Shown here piece after piece: positions 10,065-22,800 of a DNA stretch of 64,000 nt. Every line of letters starts with the position of its first letter. The stretch's first letter is position 1. The notes beneath the pieces are model-generated. The model did not search any database. It saw only the letters and a list, made by a program, of their open reading frames with translations, and was not told the DNA's origin. This DNA comes from a candidate division FCPU426 bacterium (GTDB taxonomy: Bacteria > Oederibacteriota > JAAXVQ01 > JAUVAV01): contig DAOWGI010000031.1 of NCBI GenBank assembly GCA_030637655.1, positions 3,706-67,705 on the forward strand, given 5' to 3'. Made by a program: the position numbers and the translations under genes.

Positions 10065-10700
10065 GTGCGCATTTTAGCAATTCTCTACATTATATCAATA
10101 AGCAACGTGATGGTATTGCCGGTTTCCGGCCATACCGGGGTGGGACCGACCCTGGGCGATGCTTTGCTCCAGGGAAAAATAGAAAACTGGCAGACTGCGG
10201 AAAAACATACGCAGGAGGTGGAGCAGGCAAATCGTTTGACGCAAAATTTTTCCTTGCCGGAAGAATACAGCCGTGTGGGCCGCTTGTTAAGCCGGGAACG
10301 CTTGGATGGCACGCGTGAAAAAATCACCTATGACCAAAACGGCAGACTGATTTCCGTCTGGGTAACCAGTCCGGACGGAAAATTTGAGAAAGAACGATTA
10401 TACGTAGATAATTATTTGCGGGCTATTTTGTATGTGGACAAGTCATTGAAAACTTTGCAGTATCTGGGTCCCTTGCAATTGGGGATCGAAAGTAAAGAGC
10501 AAAAGAGTGAAGCTGACCCGGCTTTGTGCATTATTGTTTCCGCGGGAGCCAAAGTGCGTATTCTGCAATATAACACCTATGGAAAATTGCTTGGTAGTTA
10601 TCAGCCCAACGGCAAAAAAAACATACAAACAACTCAGACCAACGCGAACGATTTGGATCAGGTAATTCCAATTAATGAACTGCAGTTTTTAAAACAGTAG
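10065..10700 (+). CDS. Secreted hypothetical protein with YD/RHS-like repeats
   Basis: GTG start after aaggaa; N-terminal hydrophobic signal-like segment; TYDQNGRLISV and QYNTYGKLLGSY. Confidence 0.65.
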   Translation: MRILAILYIISISNVMVLPVSGHTGVGPTLGDALLQGKIENWQTAEKHTQEVEQANRLTQNFSLPEEYSRVGRLLSRERLDGTREKITYDQNGRLISVWVTSPDGKFEKERLYVDNYLRAILYVDKSLKTLQYLGPLQLGIESKEQKSEADPALCIIVSAGAKVRILQYNTYGKLLGSYQPNGKKNIQTTQTNANDLDQVIPINELQFLKQ

Positions 10701-10711
10701 AAAGGGAAAAC

Positions 10712-13399
10712 ATGCTTGAGTTTGAGCAGAATCCCAAAATGAAGAAGCGTAATAAAAGCAGCGCGCTGCTTGGCGTCTGCTTAACTTTGCTGGGATTTAC
10801 CATTGCCGGATATGCCAGGGACGCAACCGCGAAAATAGAACCCCGTAAACAGGCTGAGCAGATGTACAACCTGCTCAAAGATCGTTGTTCCATTAAAAAT
10901 TACACCTGGGATCATTTGGCTGAGGATTTTACTGTTACTTTCACACTCTTGGATGGGAGCGTACTGACTTACAATGCGCGGGGTTGTCTCATCCGGCGTC
11001 AAGCGCCCAATGGTCTGGAAACCCACTATGAGAAAGGTTTTCCGGTTAAAAAAATATCGCCGCCAGGTGAGGTCATATCCCAAACCGAATATGTCCGGTC
11101 CTCCCAGGAAAAAATTAAATGCGCGGTAACCCGACAAAAAGGATTTCTGACAGCAAGTTTTTATACGGAAGACGGTGATATTCAGCACGAAACCATACAT
11201 ACGCCGGCCGGCCGGCTGTATCGTTACAACTTTACTTGGGCCGACGATCGCAGAACTTATAACTATTATGAGACGCGTGCCTGGGATGGGAAGACCAGCT
11301 ACTTTTGTGTTTCCGCGAACACAGGACTTATTAGGGAACAGTGGCGGGTAACGACGGACTTGCGGCAAGTGTGGGAAGAGCAGCATCGGGTATTTACAAA
11401 ATTGCTCATACGGAGATTTGAAGACGATTATTCGGATCGTTCACAATTTAAAAAAGATGAGCACGGACAAATCCGCGGTGATGTGCTTTTAAAAAATATA
11501 CAACCCAACAAAATGCTTCCGCTTGACGTTTTTGACAAATATATGCAAAAAGGCAACCTGCAGTTTGAGGCTGGATGGAAGTATATAGATTGCTCGGAGG
11601 TGGTGATCTTCCTGCCGTTAGTCGAATTTGTCGAACAAAAACGAGTGATCGCGCAAAAGGTGAAGGTGAAAAAAACCCAAGTATATGTCTGGGTGAAAAA
11701 ACGGCGAAAATGGGTCCAATATCCATATGATTCACGGAAGGAAAAGATAATTCCCGGCAACCGGCGGGGCGATGCGCGCCTTGAGGCTCGTTTCCCCAAA
11801 ACGGATTGGAAAGTTATTCCTGAAAAGATGGGGAAAATGAAATTAAATGTGCGCCTGCAGATCCCGCCGGAATTATTGGAGCAACAGCGTCTCCATCTCT
11901 CTCAGCAGCAATATGCTGATCCGGATTTTTATGACCTGTATGCTCTGATGCCTTCGGCTCAGGAAAAAAGCTCTGAGCCCACGCCGGCGGTCCGGGCGGG
12001 CCGGGTTGTGACCCGTTTCGCCGGGCAGGAACTAAAAACCTTCAAGTTGGAATTGATCCAGCAAATTAAAAATCAATTGCAGAACAGTCCGCAGCTTAAT
12101 CAACGCGATAGCCGGCAACAAACCCAAGCCCAGGTAATCTTGCGGGCCCTGCGGCCTGAGCAGGTACTCTTTGTAAAAGAACTCAAATCGCAGCTTAAAC
12201 AGTTGCGGTGTATAGAGCATCCGGCCTTTGCTGAAATACGGTATCGGGAATTGGAAATATTTTTACCCAAAGTACAAAAACAAAAAGTGTTTAAAATTAT
12301 CAATCGCGTAAAAGAAAACCGAGGTCTGGTAAAAATCTGGAAAGAAGATGCGGATCATCCGGCCGGTGGATATTGGACCACGTACACGTTGCGTCCTTTT
12401 CGCGATAAGTTGTGCCAACGAGGCGGCCACTTGATTATTCAAGTGGATGAAAGCCGTTTTGAGTGGATACTATCCTCAGAGCGGCAATCCCTGAGGGTTT
12501 CCGGTTCGGTCTTTCTGGCCAAGGGTTCCGGGAAAAAGATCATTCCGGCCAGGGCAACAACAACCGGGATTGCTGCTGCCACAGAAGATAAGCTGACGGC
12601 ATTGGAAAGCCTGGTGCCATTATCCGGTCCGGCCGGGCAAAACAAACTTCCCAAAGTGCTGCAGGCGGCAATTCCGGATATTCGTTTGGGAATAGGACTT
12701 CAGTGTTGGTTGCTTACCAAGACAGCCGGCTGGTTAGGGCGCGGACGCTCTGGAGTGCGGGTACTACAGAGCGCTACTCCTGCCAGGGGTGGTGAGGTTA
12801 AGGTCCTGGAAAAATTGGATTGGTGGGGACACGTAAATGGATACCAACGTGTATTCCTACAAAATCAAAAAGAGCGTTTGCTGGAAACCTACAATCAGGA
12901 AAAGCAGTTAACCTCAATGCGTGATCTTTTAGGGAGCACATACCAGGTTACGTATTTGGCAGACAATAAAATTGAGGTCGTACGCACACAGGGCGGGCAA
13001 CAACAGGTGCTGCGTTTTGAGCAGGGTCAGTTAAAAACCGTTTTGCTCAGTGCCGGCAATCAACTTGAGTATAACAGTAATGAGAAAATGCATCAGGTTA
13101 ATTTGCTTACTGAAAAAGGGGAAGTCGTTTTTGAGAAACTGTATTTAACTTCCGGGAAACAAGTAGGAATGAAGTTTGCGCAGGGTGAAAAGATTGCCTA
13201 TCATTACCAGAAAAATAAATTAATTCAAATTCTTTTAATGAACAAGGAAGGGCAAACAGCACGCTTGCTGGTCAACAAAAAAGGCCGGATAGTAAAACAA
13301 TCCGGCAATGGAAAAATAATTTATTTTGCCAAAAAGCAACTGGATTTCATTTTGCCGGATATTTTTACACCTGTAACAATTCAATTTGGGCTAAAATAA
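10712..13399 (+). CDS. Secreted protein with degenerate YD/RHS-like beta-hairpin repeats
   Basis: Signal peptide (MKKRNKSSALLGVCLTLLG...ATA); repeats TYNARGCLI, FYTEDGDI, TYNQEKQL, VNKKGRIV in N- and C-terminal blocks around a non-repeat core. Confidence 0.65.
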   Translation: MLEFEQNPKMKKRNKSSALLGVCLTLLGFTIAGYARDATAKIEPRKQAEQMYNLLKDRCSIKNYTWDHLAEDFTVTFTLLDGSVLTYNARGCLIRRQAPNGLETHYEKGFPVKKISPPGEVISQTEYVRSSQEKIKCAVTRQKGFLTASFYTEDGDIQHETIHTPAGRLYRYNFTWADDRRTYNYYETRAWDGKTSYFCVSANTGLIREQWRVTTDLRQVWEEQHRVFTKLLIRRFEDDYSDRSQFKKDEHGQIRGDVLLKNIQPNKMLPLDVFDKYMQKGNLQFEAGWKYIDCSEVVIFLPLVEFVEQKRVIAQKVKVKKTQVYVWVKKRRKWVQYPYDSRKEKIIPGNRRGDARLEARFPKTDWKVIPEKMGKMKLNVRLQIPPELLEQQRLHLSQQQYADPDFYDLYALMPSAQEKSSEPTPAVRAGRVVTRFAGQELKTFKLELIQQIKNQLQNSPQLNQRDSRQQTQAQVILRALRPEQVLFVKELKSQLKQLRCIEHPAFAEIRYRELEIFLPKVQKQKVFKIINRVKENRGLVKIWKEDADHPAGGYWTTYTLRPFRDKLCQRGGHLIIQVDESRFEWILSSERQSLRVSGSVFLAKGSGKKIIPARATTTGIAAATEDKLTALESLVPLSGPAGQNKLPKVLQAAIPDIRLGIGLQCWLLTKTAGWLGRGRSGVRVLQSATPARGGEVKVLEKLDWWGHVNGYQRVFLQNQKERLLETYNQEKQLTSMRDLLGSTYQVTYLADNKIEVVRTQGGQQQVLRFEQGQLKTVLLSAGNQLEYNSNEKMHQVNLLTEKGEVVFEKLYLTSGKQVGMKFAQGEKIAYHYQKNKLIQILLMNKEGQTARLLVNKKGRIVKQSGNGKIIYFAKKQLDFILPDIFTPVTIQFGLK

Positions 13400-13580
13400 A
13401 AAAATCAGCTATTATTCAGGAATATGATTGAAAGTATTGGTTTTTTTAGAATGGAGTAAAATTAATTTCCAGCGAACAATTGACAAAATACTTACATTAA
13501 CGTGGTTTTGCTATTTTTTTACAGTTATATATAGGTAATTTCCTGCTTGTTCCAATTCAAAACATTTTCGTTCCGCCTGT

Positions 13581-13609
13581 TTGCGAGTCTTGATTTCCTA
13601 TGCTATACT
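13581..13609 (+). promoter_or_regulatory. Putative sigma70 promoter of the 3306-aa gene
   Basis: ttgcga-17 bp-tatact with extended -10 TG. Confidence 0.45.
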
Positions 13610-13660
13610 AAAATTAGTATAATATTATTTATTATCTGTTGTGGAAGTGTGTTTTCTTAA

Positions 13661-13739
13661 GTTTGTCATTCCCGAGGGTTTAATCGGGAATCTGGTTTTT
13701 AAACCGTATCCCCGATACAAGCATTCGGGGATGACAAAC
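13661..13739. repeat. GTCATTCCC-type double-hairpin palindromic repeat
   Basis: gtttgtcattcccgagggtttaatcgggaat ... tccccgatacaagcattcggggatgacaaac. Confidence 0.75.
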
Positions 13740-13825
13740 AAAATAAATCGCGTGACTGATATTTTACGTTGTATTTTTGTATATGAATGTACGCGAAAGC
13801 ATAATAAAAAGGGAGAGTAATCCTT

Positions 13826-16800
13826 ATGTTGCCAAATATCAAATTCCCCAAATTGGATATCGCTGCCGCCTTGAGTTTGAGCGCCTGGCAGAAGTCCCAT
13901 CGTCAATTGTGGACCAAAGTCCTGGTCATCATGATATCCATAACATTCCTGTTACCCTATGTCTCCTTTGCTTTTCAACCGGGAACTTATCCAACAGACC
14001 TGGTAGGAGCGTTTGGGTACACACCATTAAAAGCCAATGGCGCGGCTATTCACATCAAACCCGAATGGGGACGCGTGACGAGCAGTTTCCACGGCACGTC
14101 AAACAAGACCATTGTATATATTCAAGACCTGCACTGCAATTACGAGGTCCAAAGCAATATTAGTTTCATGCTGGAACGTTTGCTGAAAAAAAACGGCCTG
14201 CGTTTGGTTGGTGTGGAAGGCGAGAGCACGCCCATCAATGTGAGCCAGCTTTCCTCCATACCTATTTTAGAAGTGAAAAAAAGCGTGGGCCAATACTTTT
14301 TACAGCGCGGCCGCATCACCGGGCCGGAATATCAATCCATAATGAGCAAGCAGCCGCTGATATTGCAGGGCATTGAATCGGAAAGCTTGTATTTGGACAA
14401 TAAAGACACCTTGTTGAAATTCTTAAATGAAGAAAGCCAGGGATATTGCGAGGATCTGCGCTATGCTTTGGAGCGCTTGAAAAGTCCCTTGTACAATATA
14501 GAACTGGCTAAGCTGGATCACAAGCAAGAAGATTATGACCTGGAAAACATCACACTGGAAAACTATTGCGATTTTCTCCTGCTGGAAGCGAAAAAAGCCG
14601 GGGTGGAGATCAAACCGTATAAGGTTATGCGTTTATATGCCATTGATCACAAACTTCCGATTACAGCGGCAGTGGATTATGAAAAACTTTTGGCAGAGGC
14701 TCAAGCTCTGGATCGCGCGATTCGCGGCAAATACTATACGTCACCAGAGCAGCGCCGTTTGGATCATTATATTTATGTGCTAAAGATAATGGAAAACCTG
14801 GTGAACATCAGCGCCACCCAGAAGGATCTCACCTATTTCCGCAGACACCGCGAGGAATTCAAGATCACCAACCTGCTGCATTTTCTGGAAGACATTAGTT
14901 ACCGTTTTGCCCTTCATCCGGATATGGATCCAGGAATTTTAAAAATGGATGAATATTTGAATCTGGCGGCAAAGTTCTACCTGGTGGCGGACGAGCGTTC
15001 GCATGCTTTTGTGGAAAACCTTACCCGCGCCATGAAAAAACACCAACAAAATACGTCCGTGCTAATCACCGGCGGTTTCCATGCCGCGCACGTGGAAAAA
15101 GCGCTGCGCAGCCAAAACATCTCCTTTATTACGGTCAAGCCGCGTATTACGCGCACAGATGTGGAGAACCCCTATTTTTCGCTATTGCGCAATCAAAAGA
15201 CGCCTCTGGAGCGGTTGCTGGCGCAGAATGAAAACATCTTTGCTGTGCGCAGTTTCTTTAGCCGGCTGCTTAATTTTAAATTAAATAGACGCTATATGGA
15301 GACCATGTGCGAAATAGTAACAGGGTATCAACTGGCTGTAAAACAAGGTTTGCGTGGCGATGATCTGCAAACAGCTTTCATAAACGCGCGCAAGAAAAAT
15401 CCTGCTGACAATCCAAATCTCAATATTCAATTAGTGGAGGAAAGTTCCAATCCTAAGAACAAGGTCTTTGTGTTCAGGTTTGTTAATGACGAAGAAAATA
15501 CTCATGTGGTGATCCGGCCCAACCAGACCACAAATTATCAGACCATGGTAGAGTCCGAGGTCCTGTATGGAAATAATTACCAGTTCGAGTTTGTAAGCGC
15601 GGAGTATTTTAAAGACAATAGGGCCGCAATCTTAGGCACACCAGCACCCAAGCGCGCGGGCGTCAAAGCTCTCACTGATATGGTGTTACAAATCAGCGGC
15701 ATTACCAATCCCATTACCCGGGCCATTGGCGGTTTGGCTCTCGCGCTGGGAGTGGGCAAACACCAGCCAACCTTGACTGTTGGTTTAGGCCGCCTGAGTT
15801 TGATCGCCTGGTTAATTAACGCGGGAAAACTGCTATCCGCGCTGGGTTCAGGTTTTTCGAATATTACTCAATCCATGGCCACGGGCTGGAGGCAATGGCA
15901 TGTCAATTTCGCCGAGCGCAATTCGCTGCTAATGGCCTGGATCGCGGGTATTTCTTTCACTTTGCTGGCCCACAGCGTAATAATGGGAGCAACGCCTCTG
16001 GTGCCAATAGCGTTTATGGCTGCTTTTACCTGGAGCATAGGTTCTTTAATGCATAACAACTGGTTTCAGCCCTTGGCAAGCTTGGTTTTGCTTCCGCGGG
16101 ACGATCTTATAGCCCGTGCCGTACAGTGGGGGCGCGAGGCATATGGTTTTGGTGAAAATGATATTGTCAGCACCCCCCGTGAAATTATCCTAGAAAGAAT
16201 CATGACCTTGGCCCAAGGCAATCCTGTACTGGCGGAGTTTATCGACAATCGCGCGGACCGTCTGGCCCTGGCAGGCATGGCCTACAACGAAGGCCAGAAA
16301 ACCTGGACAGCCGGCACGGCAATTGGAAATGTTGAGGCCCTGGCCCAGGATTTCATGGAAGCGGAGACCCTGGCTGAGCAGCTGGCAGCGGGAACTAAAA
16401 TCGCGAATTTAAAATCCACAGGCAATTCCCCGTTGGCTGAGCTGATTAGAAATCTGCAAGCCAAACCAAACCTTGAAACAGAGGAGATTATCTTAGGCAT
16501 GCAGCATGCTTTGAATCCGGAACGATTAATGCCTGAGTGCATCTCACCCGCGCAAAGAGAGGCAATCAAAACCGTGCTGGCTGATTTCAAGAATGTGAAA
16601 GTTAAATTAGTACAAGTGGGATTAATAAACGACGTGGATTTCACGCCTGGGGTCAAGCAATACGCTGCCATGGATGAAAAACTAAAAGAGCTGCTGGGCG
16701 AGTTTGGCAAGCAGATGGAAACATACGCTATTGAATATGTTTCAGGTGATATTGAGAGAAGAAGGACCGCCGTAGCCAAAGCAGAAGTTTTAGCTAAGTT

Positions 16801-19800
16801 GAAACCCTATTCCCTACAAGTAAAGTATTTAAGCGATATTATAACAAATGCTAAAGCAGTTATAAACAAAGCTGCTGATTTGGGCGATTTTCTGAAAGGC
16901 TCAGAAGCTGCCAGGATAGCAACGCAGAGTGTCCGGGCCATGATCGCGAATGCCACTCCGCTGGTAGAAGCATATGCTAATATTGAGCAAGCCCTGGCAG
17001 CGCAGGATTTTAGTGTGGAAAAAGCCCAAGCGCTATTGGAGGCAATTGATCGGGAATTTGCCGATATTGAGGCGGTGATGGCAATTTCTGATCAAACCTG
17101 GAAATTGCGAAATCAAATAACCGCATATAACGCGCAAGTAAAAGTTGAACAACCAGCAGCAGTAAAAGCAGCGTCCCGGCAAAAAGCTGAAAAAACAACC
17201 GAGGATATTCTGAACCGCGCCGCGCCTATGAATAAAGCAACAGATGAAAATGTGCTGAAAATTCTGGCAGCCAATTTAAAGATTTTGGGATTCAAAATTC
17301 TAAACAACGGACAGGCAGTGCTTAGCGCTAAGGCCATGAGGCAAAAGGTGAGGAAAATCAAGGGGCGGATTGCCAGGGAGAGAAAGATACTGGACAAGAG
17401 TTTCCGTATCTTATCGCGCAAAAAAGATTTAACCAAGAATGAGGACGAGGAATTGGGCAGGCTCCGCCGGGTTTTAAGCCAACATGACGACGCTCTTATG
17501 GAACTCCGGGAAATCAGCTTGGCATTTAAGGAAAGCGGCAACCTTACTTTTGATATCCGTGTGTCAGAGGAAATGGAGTCAGATCAGCAGGTCATTTTAT
17601 CAGCAGTTGGCAATGTGATTTGTTTTAACGCGAAGAATATTCCCCGGTTTTCCGCCAAAAAATCCCGCGCCCAGCTCATGCGGCGCATAGCGAGAGCAAG
17701 CGGTCATATTGAGGGCTTGGAACTGACTCAACTGGGAAAAGACCGGCTGAATATAATTAGCAAACTCCTGGCCGGTTATAAATTGAAGGGCACCGACATG
17801 GCCTTTGTTGCCGAGAGCAAGCGCGCGTTTATGGGCACACAAACAGCAGAAGGTCGTCCGGCGCTGGGAGTGTTCTGGACTGCGCAACAGCGCGATGTGA
17901 TGAAAGAATGGTTGAGCAGCCAGAGGTGGCAAGACTATTTGAATATTTTTGCCATGTTTGATAAAGCGATACCTACAGATGAGTTACAAAGTATGGTGCC
18001 GGGAAATGAAGCGGATAAAACACACCAGCTAGGCGTGGCCGCGCTCGAGCAAATTACCGAAGCCTTGGTACAAAGCGAAGCCAGGATGTTTTCCGGAGCC
18101 GATGTGCTGGAAGTTTTGAGGCATATGGTGGAAAGCCGCTTGTCTGTGCAAAATGCGGTTAAACTTTTCCAACAGGAACAGGTGGATTATACTGGAGAGA
18201 AACTACTGGTAGAATATGAAAATTACGAAGAAACCCAAGGACCTATCACCAGCGTTAAGGCTGTGCATTCCTTTATTAAAACGGTTTTTGAGGGAGAAGC
18301 CATTGCCATCACCCCGGCCCTGCGGATGTTTGTAGATCGCCTGATAGCCAATGAACAGGAAGCCTTGGGTGATGACAATTACGCAATGGAACTCTATTTG
18401 AATTTTGAAGAGCAAGCCGGACAAAAACTGGCCGGTTTGCCCACTGCCTGGCAGGTGCAAATAACAGAAAAGTTGCGCTCTGCTTTGGACAATGCCCTGA
18501 GCAGAAACGCAGAGTTAATAGACCTGCTGATTGCCAAAAAATTGGAAAGCCTATTCAAAACCCAGGAGGCAGTGGCTTACGCGCTGCGCAATTCCCCTCA
18601 ATTTCTGCGCGGTAATTTTCCGGACAAGATATTTAAGGGCAAGCAGAATCTAATTATTAGTAAAATGCGTCAAATAGACAGGTTTTGGTTTTTGAACCAG
18701 ACAGCTAAGCTAAATGATGAAGGCAGCTATAGCAACAGAGCGCCTCCGCTTATTGAACGCTTTATGCGTGATCTGCAAGCTGCCCTTACCAAATCCAGCT
18801 CTCAGCGCATCTATTTCGCGTTTTTCTTCTCACTTGCCCTTGTTCTCATAACCCAAGCGATCATCCTGGGTTTTCCAGTAACAGCCATGATTCTGGGACC
18901 GAATATTGTTCCAATTGCGATTATCTTGGTTTCCTCGCTCATACTCAGTATTCGATCCAAACTCCCTTCATCCTGGTTAAAAATAGGCACAACCGTGATA
19001 AGTCTCTTTGCTATCGTATTTAGCGGTTATATGATTTTAAGCGGCAACCTCTCTGCCGCGCCGCTGAGCAGCATGGCTCCTCAGCCGGAGGAAATTGCAA
19101 GCAGCCTATCAAGCAATTTCAAACCCTGGGCACCGGGCGCTTTAGTGTTCTTGGCTGGGATTTCCCGGCCAATTGGGCATGGCTTAGCTTCTATAAAAAA
19201 ATGGGCAGCCGGCAGCAAAGAACCAAGAATGCTGGACGCTGTTGAAGGTGAGGCCAAATTAATAGAGATGCTGAAAGAAACCGGCAATGCTTGGATCGTT
19301 TCCAGCGATGTCGATTCTTTAAAATTATATAATAACTTTTACGGCAAAAAGATCACGAATGTGATTTTGGATGAAATAATAGAGACACGGGTAAACGCGC
19401 TGCATTCACCCCAAGTAAAGGAAATTATTAAGAAATATGGAATTACTTCAGATGAGCTTTATGCCTCCCGGCCCAGCGGAGATGAAGGCATGGATATTCT
19501 GCCCGAGAAGTTAAGTTCAGAGGATGTCACCGCGATAATGAACATTGTCCGCCAGGCCATTCCTCAAGCCTTGCACCTTAAATATATGGCCTATGATATT
19601 AAAGGGAAACAGACCCCGGACCAGGAGAAAAAATTAAGGAAAGCGGCAAATGCCTATAATGCCAAGGCCAAAGACGAACAAAAAGTTCGGGTGTTTAGGG
19701 ATTCTGATTCTGATTTGCGGCTCTTAGTAAAAGTGGAAGGCAAAACAGATTTGGGCAATAAAATAATTGAAGAATTAAATTTAGCAGATGAAAAGGGAGC

Positions 19801-22800
19801 GCTGCACGCGGTTCCCATCACTTTGTCCCAGAATATTACCAAATTGGATTATCCGGACAATGGATATATGTTGACGCCCACCTGCACCTTTGGAGCGAGC
19901 CAAGCCGGCCGGGTTTTGGATAAGGAAGAGGATTTTAAAAAATGGGCTCTGGCTGCCTTTAAGCTGGCGGACAGGCTTCTCTTGCGGGGCAAAGACGAGG
20001 GCAAAAATAAAGTTGTGGTTGATGATTTGGAAGAGAAGTTTGAAAAATTATCGCGCCCGCCGCCTAAAGAAGGATTTATGGATAAAGACCAGATAGCCGG
20101 GATAACCGAGGCCAGGGAAGCGCATTTGAAAAATCTGGACAAGAAGGACGCGGCCGGCAATAAACTATATGATCAGCTGGTTCCTTACCACTTTAGTATT
20201 GATGGTTTAAAACAAAAAATTAAAGAGAGATTGCAAGAACTTAAAGGAAGGGATGATTTTGAGCCTGAAATCCATTTTGCCCGCGCTTCTTCGGATAGAG
20301 GCCCGGACAAAATACTGGTTTTTGTTCTCACACCACAAGGCAGCGCTAGTTTTAAATTAGAAGGCAGCACTGGTGTGGAATTGGAAGGCAGTTATGCTTT
20401 TGAAGGCGAGGAAAATCAAGGATTCGCGGCAGTCAATGAGAGATATGACCATGCCGGCGGAAATGTTGTAATCTCGCTGCCCCACTATATTATCCACCAG
20501 ATGACACAAGCGAATAGACATAATTGGTTAAACCCGAATGATTTACAGGGTTCATTTGAAATTTTTGTAAAACAGCTCGAGCAAGAAATGAATTTGCCGG
20601 ACAATCAGGTCGAAATTAATCTGTCCGGCGCTTGTTGTGGTGTTTCGACCAATGATTTATTCGCTCATTTAGAAGACGAAGCTGAAATTGATGCCACTAT
20701 CGGTGAAATGTTTAGAAGCCTGGAAGAAACAATGCTGGCAAAAAGTGAGGAAGACTTAGGCAAGATCACAGCTCATGATCACGAAGAACATCAGCCCCTG
20801 GCGCTTGCCCGTCGGGCAAGACTCGGAAAACAAGCAACAATAAAGCTTTTTAAAAATAAACAAGCACAGCTGCGTATGGTGAAAGAAGTAAGAGAAGCCA
20901 GGGCTGAGTTAGCTAAAGCAAAAGCAGACAAAGCCCCCGTCTTTCTAAGCGCCGCATCCCTCCTGGGCCTGGCATCGCCATTTTTAAGTGGATTGGATAT
21001 TTCGCCCATCATTACAGCCGTCCTGGCTTTTGGCGGGATTATTGGCAGCCTGTTTTTACTGGAAAACAGCTTTAAAACCTTTAGCACTATATTCAGACAA
21101 TTGAAAACAGCCTTCACGCCTGCGGCCTGGCGTCAATACTTGGCCTGGGCGCGAGCCAACCCCATGATCATATTAGCTATCGGCGCGGGCCTGTACGCGC
21201 TGTTCAACCCGGAGGCTAGCGGAGAGACCGGCTACCTGGCGGCCATGGGCATCATCGGTCCGTCCTTAGAATTAGTGGATAAAGATATCAGGGTAAAGGA
21301 TACAAACAGCGAAGAATTTGAAAAGTTTGTCCAGGAAAATACAGAATCAAGGGAGTTGAGAAAATTAAAAATATGGGTTAGCGACCAAACTGGATCAGCT
21401 GGTTATAATGTTTTCAGCCCTGCGCAGCCGCTTACGGAAACAAGAATTAGTGAAAAAGTGTCCAAACTGACAGATGAGAGTTTAGAAACAATGGCCAAAA
21501 AAGGCTTAATGGCCATCAGAACAGAACTGGAGGTTAAACTCGGCTTTTATTCCGAGGCCGATTTGAATGAAGCGTTTAAATATTGTGTAAGAAAAAATAA
21601 TACAATGAAAGTAGCAGATGCAGTTGCGACAATCAAAAAAAAGCGTTTGGAATATGCTGCGCAAAACAGTGAGCAGGTGGATTTTTATCTTAAAGTTAAA
21701 TTCTTTTTAAACAATGTGAAGAACGAGAATATTAAGAATATTAAGCCCGAAGTGGTTAAAAATTTCCTGGATTTTATCCGGGAGCAAGGTTATTCCGTAG
21801 AACATATGCAGCACACTCCCGAAAAATTCATTGAAAAATTTATAACGGCAAAAAACCCATCCAACGAGTTGGGTGAGAGTGAAGAAATAAAAACCCAGAT
21901 TAATCAGATAATAGCTGCGTTACCTGAAAAGAGAGAGAGCGAAGAGTATTCTATAGATGGGCCGGCAATAGCAGAGGCGATAAATGGATTTAAGGCATTT
22001 TATTTAGATACTTTTAGCAGTCTCGGTCAAAATAATCCGGAGGCTATTGGTTTTGTTTATTCCCGCTTGGAGGCGTGGAAATTCAGGGTGAATGAGAATG
22101 AACGTGAAAAGGTGGATGGGGTTGCAGTAAATGTAAATGACGTAAAATATGGGAGACTGTCTTCCGATATTAAAAAGACCGTAGGAATGTTAAAAGCGTT
22201 CATAGCTAAACAACAGGTCATACGCTTAGAAAAGCAGGCTGTTGATGTTGTTTTAACCACTTCAGAGGATCAGAAATGTTGGACGAAGTTCGGAAATGAC
22301 GATTATGCGGCGCTGGAAAAACTTGTAACTGCCCGTGAACAAGCAAGGGCTGCTGCGGATTTTGAAAAAATAAAGCAAACATTTTTAAAACGTATTGCGG
22401 AGGTTTCATACTTCGGGACCATGGCAGATCTGCGAAATCTCAATTATTTTTATCAGCTAATACTCGCAGCGATTACCGACCAGGAATACAAAGAATTGTT
22501 GGAAAACGGAAAAATAGAGAAAGACTCTCAAGAAAACCAGCGAAAGGTGCTGCTGGGGTTAGAAGAAAACGGCCATCCTGAAATTGCAGCGCAATTGGTA
22601 TTGTATTATGAGGTGATAAACGAAGTTTTGGAAGGCATAGACGAAATAGACGTAGACTGGGACCAAGTGCGGCAAAATATTGAAAGGGTGTGCCTGGAAA
22701 AAAGCATAGCCAACGGAGTTATGGCGCCAAAAGTAGCAGGATCGAATATACTGGGGAAACCTGAAGCGGGGAATATTCCGGGTGTTTCATTATTCACGCT

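Noticed and set aside
17670-17715. RRIARASGHIEG as a zincin site in the 3306-aa protein
   Set aside because: Lacks the first His and the catalytic Glu of HExxH; at most a degenerate relic.
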